From assembly GCF_001975725.1 (NCBI RefSeq), contig NZ_CP019434.1, positions 2,701,919-2,710,574 on the forward strand: 8,656 nucleotides of DNA, given 5' to 3'. The notes under the pieces are model-generated. The model did no database searches. It was given only the letters and a program-made list of their open reading frames with translations, and had not been told where the DNA came from. Numbering within the stretch: the first letter of the stretch is position 1; each line of letters starts with the position of its first letter. Shown one piece after another: positions 1 to 8,656 of this stretch. The translations under genes and the position numbers were made by a program. Origin of the DNA: Acidihalobacter ferrooxydans. Lineage in GTDB: Bacteria > Pseudomonadota > Gammaproteobacteria > DSM-5130 > Acidihalobacteraceae.

Positions 1-503
1 AACTCGCGCGCCCGACGTTCTGCATCCGTATCCCTGTCAGCCGCCACCGCCGCCAACTGCGCGACGTACGCTTCCGGCAACTCATGCTCGCGCGCGCCGC
101 GCAATACATGCTCGCGGTACCAATCGAGCGGTCGCAAGCCGGCGACCGCCTGCCGGCCAATATACGTCTGCGCCTCCCATTGCGCGCCGTCAGGGCGCAG
201 CACCTCGACCACGCCGCGCTCGTACAGATGCGGATGCCCTTCGTAGCGATCCAGCACCGCCAGTTCACTCGCCGGCAGGCTGAACAGCACGCCGTACACC
301 GCATCCGCCTCGCGCCCGGTGTAATAAGCGTCGCACTTTGCCGATCCGTCCTTGCGGCTCAGCACATGAAATGCCAGCCGATACCCGACCAGCAGACCGA
401 TACCCACTGGATAGGCGCCCGCCACCCGCGCGCGGAGTCGCGCGCTCGACATATTCGAGCCATAGGCGAAATACAGCATCAGCTCGTCCGTCGCATGCGT
501 CAT
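1..503 (-). CDS. Gamma-glutamylcyclotransferase-like (GGCT/AIG2-fold) protein, 3' end outside the window
   Basis: Minus-strand reading from ATG at 503 gives MTHATDELMLYFAYGSNMSSARLRARVAGAYPVGIGLLVGYRLAFHVLSRKDGSAKCDAYYTGREADAVYGVLFSLPASELAVLDRYEGHPHLYER..., with the characteristic YFAYGSNM motif. An in-frame TGA lies just upstream of the ATG. The frame is open to the window edge. The ORF track does not list it, probably because it runs off the edge. Confidence 0.85.
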   Translation of the reverse strand, partial: MTHATDELMLYFAYGSNMSSARLRARVAGAYPVGIGLLVGYRLAFHVLSRKDGSAKCDAYYTGREADAVYGVLFSLPASELAVLDRYEGHPHLYERGVVEVLRPDGAQWEAQTYIGRQAVAGLRPLDWYREHVLRGAREHELPEAYVAQLAAVAADRDTDAERRARE

Positions 504-773
504 CCGACTGCCTCACTCACATCCATCGCTGTCTTGAGCCCGGATCATTCAACGCGGGCCGCACCTGCCGACCGCCATGCACTGGACGGCAAGCACCGCA
601 CCGGACGTGCGGCGCGCAACGGCATGACCGCGTTGTCGTAACCGGCCAGAATCAGTCGCTCATCCTACACGCTCATCGGCCGCCTGGCGTGAGCCGACAT
701 CACCGCCACCTGCGGCATTGATCGGAGTGTCGCCGGAAACGGCACCAGAACGCCAGGCCGCGGCGATCACCGC

Positions 774-1325
774 TCAGTATTCATCACGCTTGCGCCAATA
801 GACCTCGCCCGCGCCACTGTCGCGCGCCAATACGCGCGCCAGCACAAACAGCAGATCGGAGAGCCGATTCAGATAGCGGCGCAGCGGCACACCGACCGTC
901 TCGACGCGCGCCAGCGCCACCACGCTGCGCTCGGCGCGTCGGCAGATCGCGCGCGCCAGATGGCAGGCCGCAGCCGCCTGCCCGCCACCGGGCAGGATAA
1001 ATTCGCGCAGCGGCGGCAGTTCGGCATTGAAGCCGTCGATGGCCTGCTCCAGCCGCTCCACGTCCCCGGCCGACAACAGAGTCTGCCCCGGCAGGCTCAG
1101 TTCGCCGCCGAGCGTGAACAGATCGTGCTGCACCGCCTCCAGACAGGCGACCACTGGCGGAGGCGGCGACGCCGCCAACACCAGCGCCAGCGCACTGTTG
1201 AGTTCGTCCACGTCGCCGATGGCGGCCAGGCGCGGCGCGTCCTTGTCCGCACGCGAACCGTCGCCGAGACCGGTCGTGCCATCGTCGCCGGTGCGGGTGT
1301 AGATGCGGGTGAGTCGGTTGCCCAT
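774..1325 (-). CDS. Cob(I)yrinic acid a,c-diamide adenosyltransferase, PduO/MMAB type
   Basis: Start chosen at MGNRLTRIYTRTGDDGTTGLGDGSR, the typical PduO-type N-terminus. Later motifs are DELNSALA, LFTLGGEL, FILPGGGQAAAACHLARAICRRAERSV and YLNRLSDLLFVLAR. The Shine-Dalgarno GAAGGAG sits just upstream. The track's start at 1367 overlaps btuB and is less likely. Confidence 0.93.
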   Translation of the reverse strand: MGNRLTRIYTRTGDDGTTGLGDGSRADKDAPRLAAIGDVDELNSALALVLAASPPPPVVACLEAVQHDLFTLGGELSLPGQTLLSAGDVERLEQAIDGFNAELPPLREFILPGGGQAAAACHLARAICRRAERSVVALARVETVGVPLRRYLNRLSDLLFVLARVLARDSGAGEVYWRKRDEY

Positions 1326-1335
1326 GGGGTCTCCT

Positions 1336-3183
1336 TCACGCCGCACCGAACGCATAGCGCAGATCAAGATTCACCGTACGCCCCGGACTCAGATAGGGCG
1401 TATTCTGGCCGTAGTAGGCCGGGATATAACGCGTGTTAAGCGCATTGTCCACCCGCAGGCGCGTCGACCACTGCGGCGCGAAACGATAGCCGACACTCAG
1501 GTTGAGCAGTCGGTAGGCTGGCAACCGCTCATAGACGCCCGCGCGAGTGCCGGTGTAGGTCCACACCGCGGCGGCATTCCAGGCGGCATGCTGCCAGGCG
1601 ACGCGCAGACGGTAGTGGTGACTGGCGCGGCGCAGCAGTCGCTTGCCGGTGTCGAGATTGCGCGGGTCCTGCCACCCGGCAGAGGCGCCGAGGCGCCAGT
1701 CACCGGCCTGCCAGGTGCCGCTCAGATCAAGGCCACGAATGCGCGCATTGCCGATATTCACGTTCTGGTACGTGTACGTGCTCGGATCGACGAGTTCGGT
1801 GCTGATCAGGTTGCGCAGCCGGTTCTGGAACGCGGTCAGTGTCAGCAAGCCGTGGCCGGCGACCACCGGCACCAGCAACTGCGCCTGCGTCGAACGCGAG
1901 GTTTCGGGCTTGAGGTTCGGATTCGCTCCGTAACCATAGAGCGCGTTGAAACTCGGCGCGCGATAGCCCGTGCCACTGGAGAGCTTGAACCGCATCGCCC
2001 CCGGCAGCGGCACCGAGATGCCGAGGTTCCAGGTATCGTGCCCGCCGTACTGGCTGTCGACCGTGCGCCGGCCGGCCGCAGTCAACGCCACGCCCGCGAA
2101 CTGCCGATGCCACTCGACAAAACCGGCCCGCGTGGTGCGGCGGTCGTTGTACGTGGTGCCATAGCTCAGGCTGCTGGCATGCGTGTGTGCGCCACTGACG
2201 CCCAGCAGCACCTGCGTGTTCGCCGCAGCGTAGCCAAGCTGCGCCTCGACGGCATCGCGCGTGCTGCGTGCGTAGTCATTGGCCGGCGGCACTGCGTACG
2301 TATCGAGCTGATCCTGATTCAAGGTGTTGCGAGTCTGCTCGACGCGGGCCGAGGCCAGCCAGCGCGCGGCCAACGGCAGGCTGAAACGCAGGCTGGAGGT
2401 CTGCGTGAGGTAATTTTGTGCGTCCAGGCTGTAAGCCGAATACGGCGGACCACCCGTGACGTATTCCTGCCGGCCGCGGTTCTGCCAGAAGCGCGCGTCC
2501 ACCGTGAGCCGGCCCAGTTGCGTGTCCGCATAGGCGTTCAGGTTCCGGTTATGGTAAGCCGCGCGCGGCGCATAGCCCTGCACGACCGGCTCCCCGGCGG
2601 TGCGTTCTCCGCTCAGCGTGATACCGGCGTGCGTGGCGCCGGCACTGGCGTGCAGCCCGAGCGCGCCGCGCCGGGTGTCGTGATTCCCGGCGCCCAGACT
2701 GAGGTAACCGCCACTGCCCGTCGGCTGGCGCGTGATGATGTTGACCACGCCTCCCATCGCGCCGGAACCCCACACCGTGGACAAAGGCCCCTTCACCACC
2801 TCGATGCGTTCGATATCGGTCAGCGGCAGTGTGCTCCAGGCCACACCGCCGTCGGTCGCGTTGTTGATCGGCACGCCATTGACCAGCACGCGCACCATAT
2901 TGCTGTTGGTACCCTGCACAAATACCGAGGTCTGCTGCCCGGCGCCGCCCAGTCGGGTAACATCGAAGCCGGCATAGGCGCGCAGCACGCCAGCGACCGT
3001 TTGCGCGCCGGAATTCTTGATTTCGACCCGGCTGATGACCAGCGTCGGCACCACGACGTGTGCCAGCGGCTGCGCGAACCGCGTCGGCGTAATGACGATC
3101 TCTGGAATCCCGTCGGCCAAGGCGCCGACCGGCAATGACAAGCAGACAGCGCCCAACGCGCCGCAAAGAAGTGTTTTTCGCAT
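1336..3183 (-). CDS. btuB: TonB-dependent vitamin B12 receptor BtuB-like outer membrane protein
   Basis: ATG at 3183 starts a signal peptide (MRKTLLCGALGAVCLSLPVGALA). It is followed by a TonB-box-like region (EIVITPTRF), a plug domain (VFVQGTNSNMVRVLVNGVPIN...IERIEVVKGPLSTVWGSGAMGGVVNIITR) and a beta-barrel ending NLDLRYAFGAA. It lies directly downstream of a cobalamin riboswitch. The preceding RBS is GGGAGG. Confidence 0.93.
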   Translation of the reverse strand: MRKTLLCGALGAVCLSLPVGALADGIPEIVITPTRFAQPLAHVVVPTLVISRVEIKNSGAQTVAGVLRAYAGFDVTRLGGAGQQTSVFVQGTNSNMVRVLVNGVPINNATDGGVAWSTLPLTDIERIEVVKGPLSTVWGSGAMGGVVNIITRQPTGSGGYLSLGAGNHDTRRGALGLHASAGATHAGITLSGERTAGEPVVQGYAPRAAYHNRNLNAYADTQLGRLTVDARFWQNRGRQEYVTGGPPYSAYSLDAQNYLTQTSSLRFSLPLAARWLASARVEQTRNTLNQDQLDTYAVPPANDYARSTRDAVEAQLGYAAANTQVLLGVSGAHTHASSLSYGTTYNDRRTTRAGFVEWHRQFAGVALTAAGRRTVDSQYGGHDTWNLGISVPLPGAMRFKLSSGTGYRAPSFNALYGYGANPNLKPETSRSTQAQLLVPVVAGHGLLTLTAFQNRLRNLISTELVDPSTYTYQNVNIGNARIRGLDLSGTWQAGDWRLGASAGWQDPRNLDTGKRLLRRASHHYRLRVAWQHAAWNAAAVWTYTGTRAGVYERLPAYRLLNLSVGYRFAPQWSTRLRVDNALNTRYIPAYYGQNTPYLSPGRTVNLDLRYAFGAA

Positions 3184-3200
3184 GGTGGCCCTCCCGCACA

Positions 3201-3232
3201 CCGGATAAATTTCCACGGTGGGAGAAATCCGG
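3201..3232 (-). promoter_or_regulatory. Candidate riboswitch expression-platform hairpin upstream of the btuB RBS
   Basis: Transcript-sense CCGGATTTCTCCCACCGTGGAAATTTATCCGG. The outer arms CCGGAT/ATCCGG pair, and an inner CCACCGTGG is a palindrome. It lies between the riboswitch core and the btuB RBS. Confidence 0.5.
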
Positions 3233-3289
3233 GGCGCGGCCCACGAACGGCAGCGGCCCGAGCCGCCCACCGCAGCCCAAACGTCGCAA

Positions 3290-3500
3290 TCGGGCCGGTC
3301 TCCGGGCTGATGGGCCGGACCTCGCGCGAGGTCCGCCGCGGCCGCCTTCCCATGCGCGTGCGCACAGTGGCTTGTTGACCGCTTCGGGAAACGTCCGCAG
3401 ACGCTTCCGCTTACCCAATCACCGTTGCGGGGGCAGCGCCGGATTGATCCTCATGGACCCACCGACTTCCCGTTTAACTCCGCTTGCGCAGAGCACCTGA
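3290..3500 (-). ncRNA. Cobalamin (AdoCbl-type) riboswitch in the btuB leader
   Basis: The minus strand contains, in order, CAGGTGCTCTGCGCAAGCGG, TTAAACGGGAAGTCGGTGG, AATCCGGCGCTGCCCCCGCAACGGTGA, AAGCCACTG, GGGAAGG and CAGCCCGGAGACCGGCC. This matches the ordered conserved boxes of cobalamin riboswitches. It is positioned just upstream of btuB. Boundaries are approximate. Confidence 0.93.
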
Positions 3501-3785
3501 TCGCGATACCGCCGGATCGACAAGCCCGGCGGCGGCGCAGCATAGCATGCACTGCGTACAAGCGGGTCGGCAAAAGCCTCCTGCGAATCAATCCGCGCAG
3601 CGTGTTGCCTGGCGTCTCCTGCCGAGTATCGATCCCGGCGCGTAGGGCGGCGCCCGATCAGGCGACCGCACGCAACATCGCGCCGCATGGGTTTGTGTGT
3701 TCATGGTCGATTGCAAAAATGGCCTGTTGCGAAAACCCTCACGGCAACCCCCGCCAAACCCGCACGAACACTCGATTTACGTGAA

Positions 3786-3794
3786 TTATCCACA
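3786..3794 (+). promoter_or_regulatory. DnaA box
   Basis: Exact consensus TTATCCACA, located upstream of the nrdA promoter. DnaA regulation of nrdAB is known in E. coli. Confidence 0.65.
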
Positions 3795-3823
3795 GGTTTT
3801 GCAGCCGTTTCCAACAGCGCCAT

Positions 3824-3839
3824 CCACAGCATATTGTGT
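3824..3839 (+). promoter_or_regulatory. NrdR box 1 (candidate)
   Basis: CCACAGCATATTGTGT matches 13/16 positions of the recalled consensus ACACwATATATwGTGT. Confidence 0.7.
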
Positions 3840-3841
3840 TC

Positions 3842-3870
3842 TTGACCGACAACCAACCACATTCTATAGT
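3842..3870 (+). promoter_or_regulatory. Putative sigma70-type promoter of nrdAB
   Basis: TTGACC (3842-3847), 17-bp spacer, TATAGT (3865-3870). The -10 lies inside NrdR box 2, which would suit repression. Confidence 0.65.
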
Positions 3871-3872
3871 GC
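3857..3872 (+). promoter_or_regulatory. NrdR box 2 (candidate)
   Basis: CCACATTCTATAGTGC matches 12/16 positions of the recalled consensus. It starts 33 bp after box 1, about three helical turns, the usual arrangement of paired NrdR boxes. Confidence 0.68.
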
Positions 3873-4028
3873 TTTCTCTGATCACCACGCGATTCATCCT
3901 GGATGATCCGTCAGGCGGCGCGATGCGTGTGCAATGATTCCGGTTCACGGATCAGGCACGAGCGCCCCGCCCAATGGATGATCCGGGTTCATTCCACGAC
4001 CTTGCAGACAATCTCTCAGGGGGAGCGC

Positions 4029-6932
<2,904 letters not shown>

Positions 6933-6940
6933 ACAAAACC

Positions 6941-6971
6941 CGCGTGGCGGCTGGATTCCAGCCGCCACGCG
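6941..6971 (+). repeat. Near-perfect inverted repeat between nrdA and nrdB
   Basis: CGCGTGGCGGCTGGA-T-TCCAGCCGCCACGCG. Perfect 15-nt arms around one central base, or a practical 14-bp stem with a 3-nt loop. It begins 9 nt after the nrdA stop, has no following T-tract and sits ahead of the nrdB RBS. Confidence 0.85.
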
Positions 6972-7008
6972 TACACCACGCACGCATCACATTGAAGAGG
7001 AACCTGCC

Positions 7009-8145
7009 ATGCTGAACTGGGACGACCCACTGACCCCTGCCGCCGCCCGCCAGCCCGCCAGCGCCCTGCCCACCAACGCCGCCGACGCACCGACCGGCAC
7101 ACCGACCGAACCCCCCGCTGCCGCACCGACACTCGGCGCCAGGCCCGTGCGCGCCGAAGACAAACGCATCGTCAACGGCATGGCCGACATCAACCAGCTC
7201 GCCCCGTTCAAATACCCCTGGGCGTGGAAATACTTCCTCAACGCCAACAAGAATCACTGGACGCCGCTGGACATCAACATGGCGCAAGACGTTCACGACT
7301 ACCACCACAAACTCACCGTCGAAGAACGCCACGTCTACGAAAACGTACTCGCCTACCTCACCACGGCCGACATACTCGCTATGCGCAACGTCGCCATCGC
7401 CGTGATGGAAAAGATGAGCGCCCCGGAGTTGCAAATCTATCAGGCGCGCCAGGCCTATGAAGAAGCCCTGCACACCTGGACCTACCAGCACTGCATCGAA
7501 ACCATCGGCCTCGACCAGGGCGAAATCTACAACCGCTACCGCGTCGTGCCCGAAATCAACGCCAAAATCCGCATGACACAGCAGCGCCTCGACGCCGTAT
7601 GCAGCGCCGACATCGACCTGCACGACCGCGAACAGCTGCACACCTTCCTCATGTCCTATATCTTCTTCGCCGCCGTGTTCGAAGGCAGCTGGTTCTACAA
7701 CGGCTTCAGCCCCATCTTCGCCCTCCAGCGCCGCGGCCTCATGAAAGGCACCGCCGAACAACTGCAATACATCATGCGCGACGAAGTCATGCACGCCAGC
7801 TTCGGCATCCGCGTCGCCAAGCAACTCATGCAGGAAGAAAACATCCGCCCCGACCCCCAAGCCCTGCGCGACATGTGGGACCAGGCCGAAGCCTGCGAGA
7901 CAGGCTACGCCAGCTACATCCTGCGCGACCCCATCCTCGGCTATTCCGCCGACCTCCACGTCGAACAGTTCCGCTACGTCGCCAACCGCCGCGCCGCACA
8001 ACTCGGGCTGGAAGAAGTCCCCTTCCCCGGCGCCGAAGCCGCCCTACCCTGGCTCGACGAACAAGCCAATCTGCGTAAGGAAAAGAATTTCTTCGAAACG
8101 CGGGTGACGGAGTATCAGACGGGGGGGGCGTTGAGTTGGGATTGA
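7009..8145 (+). CDS. nrdB: Ribonucleoside-diphosphate reductase class Ia, beta (R2) subunit
   Basis: ATG at 7009 preceded by GAAGAGGAA, giving MLNWDDPL... Candidate metal ligands and radical Tyr are TTADIL, EEALHTWTY, VFEGSWFY and RDEVMHASF. The C-terminus KEKNFFETRVTEYQTGGALSWD is typical of NrdB. The track's 6733 start overlaps nrdA and is unlikely. Confidence 0.96.
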   Translation: MLNWDDPLTPAAARQPASALPTNAADAPTGTPTEPPAAAPTLGARPVRAEDKRIVNGMADINQLAPFKYPWAWKYFLNANKNHWTPLDINMAQDVHDYHHKLTVEERHVYENVLAYLTTADILAMRNVAIAVMEKMSAPELQIYQARQAYEEALHTWTYQHCIETIGLDQGEIYNRYRVVPEINAKIRMTQQRLDAVCSADIDLHDREQLHTFLMSYIFFAAVFEGSWFYNGFSPIFALQRRGLMKGTAEQLQYIMRDEVMHASFGIRVAKQLMQEENIRPDPQALRDMWDQAEACETGYASYILRDPILGYSADLHVEQFRYVANRRAAQLGLEEVPFPGAEAALPWLDEQANLRKEKNFFETRVTEYQTGGALSWD

Positions 8146-8172
8146 TTGGATGGATGTCCTCGAGCTATTGCA

Positions 8173-8446
8173 ATGTCTCAGAAATCACATCCGATAAGAA
8201 ACGGAATCATTGTCGCTGTAGTTAGCAGCATCCTTGTTTCCGCAATACCCTCAGCAAGAGATGCTGCGGGCAAATGTTTTCTTGCATTCTGGAATGAAAT
8301 CAGTTGGATTAATCACGCATTAACCTCGAGTTACCAAATTCCTGGCTGGTTGATCACTCTCACCACGTTAATAACTTTATACTCCATCATCAATGCCGCG
8401 ATGGCGGTTCTGAAACAGAGAAGGGGAAATATTCGTTTTCCTCCTA
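8173..8446 (+). pseudogene. 5' fragment of a small membrane protein gene (two predicted TM segments), apparently truncated by an IS element
   Basis: MSQKSHPIRNGIIVAVVSSILVSAIPSARDAAGKCFLAFWNEISWINHALTSSYQIPGWLITLTTLITLYSIINAAMAVLKQRRGNIRFPP. Two hydrophobic stretches. Past 8446 the frame enters IS terminal sequence and stops at 8514. Confidence 0.55.
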
Positions 8447-8656
8447 TGAACCGCCCCGGGAAACGCGGAGGCTGTTTGGTTGAAGTTAAGCGGCAACGGA
8501 GGCTGGCTGCCTGAGTTGCCGGTAGTAGTGTGCCTCAGCTTCTGCGGGCGGGATATAGCCCAGGGGTTCCATCAGGCGTTGGTTGTTGAACCAGGACACC
8601 CATTCCAAGGTGGCCCACTCGACGGCATCGGCGGATTTCCAGGGGCCACGCCGATG
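8447..8656 (-). mobile_element. IS3-family insertion sequence (partial; transposase 3' end and right terminus)
   Basis: Sequence from 8447 begins TGAACCGCCCCGGGAAACGCGGAGGCT, resembling an IS3-family terminus (TG...CA ends). The minus strand encodes an IS3-type OrfB C-terminus immediately inside it. Confidence 0.8.
8486..8656 (-). CDS. IS3-family transposase OrfB, C-terminal part (start lies outside the window)
   Basis: Minus-strand translation: HRRGPWKSADAVEWATLEWVSWFNNQRLMEPLGYIPPAEAEAHYYRQLRQPASVAA*. This contains the typical IS3 integrase C-terminal pattern WVxWFNNxRLxEPxGYxPPAEAExxYY. Confidence 0.9.
   Translation of the reverse strand, partial: HRRGPWKSADAVEWATLEWVSWFNNQRLMEPLGYIPPAEAEAHYYRQLRQPASVAA

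Noticed and set aside
84-721. Plus-strand ORFs 84-641 and 338-721
   Set aside because: They overlap the GGCT-like gene on the other strand. No domain is recognisable in either.
1303-3138. 611-aa plus-strand ORF antisense to btuB
   Set aside because: It is fully opposite a confidently identified btuB, Arg/Ala/Gly/Val-rich with no recognisable domain. It looks like a GC-driven shadow ORF.
2549-3418. 289-aa minus-strand ORF crossing the riboswitch and btuB start
   Set aside because: It is in an alternate frame over btuB and structured leader RNA. The btuB frame carries all the recognisable motifs.
3290-3500. Riboswitch as a regulator of nrdAB
   Set aside because: Its conserved boxes read in order only on the minus strand, toward btuB, so it cannot be in the nrdAB transcript.
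3509-3532. CCGCCGG...CCGGCGG inverted repeat upstream of the riboswitch
   Set aside because: A 7-bp GC stem with a 10-nt loop is common by chance in DNA this GC-rich. No further support.
3697-3948. Small minus-strand ORFs 3697-3906 and 3739-3948
   Set aside because: They overlap the nrdAB regulatory sites and show no domain or clear RBS. The conserved regulatory signals better explain this region.
6941-6971. Intercistronic hairpin as a classical intrinsic terminator
   Set aside because: It is followed by TACACCACGCACG, not a T-tract, and nrdB follows with its own RBS 37 nt later.

Overview
The window is GC-rich proteobacterial-type DNA with two main modules and one disrupted edge. (1) Minus strand: a vitamin B12 module read right to left. 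It has a cobalamin riboswitch (~3290-3500), a BtuB-like TonB-dependent receptor (1336-3183), a PduO-type cob(I)alamin adenosyltransferase (774-1325) and the start of a gamma-glutamylcyclotransferase-like gene running off the left edge (1-503). (2) Plus strand: a class Ia ribonucleotide reductase operon, nrdA (4029-6932) and nrdB (7009-8145). Its promoter region holds a perfect DnaA box, a good sigma70-type promoter and two NrdR-box-like palindromes. (3) Right edge: an AT-richer segment with a small two-TM ORF (8173-) that appears truncated at ~8447 by an IS3-family element, whose transposase C-terminus is on the minus strand (8486-8656). I found no convincing undescribed multi-gene system. The items most worth checking are the nrdAB control region, the riboswitch expression platform, a near-perfect nrdA/nrdB intercistronic hairpin, and the IS-truncated membrane ORF. 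All assignments come from reading the sequence and recalled motifs; no database search was run.
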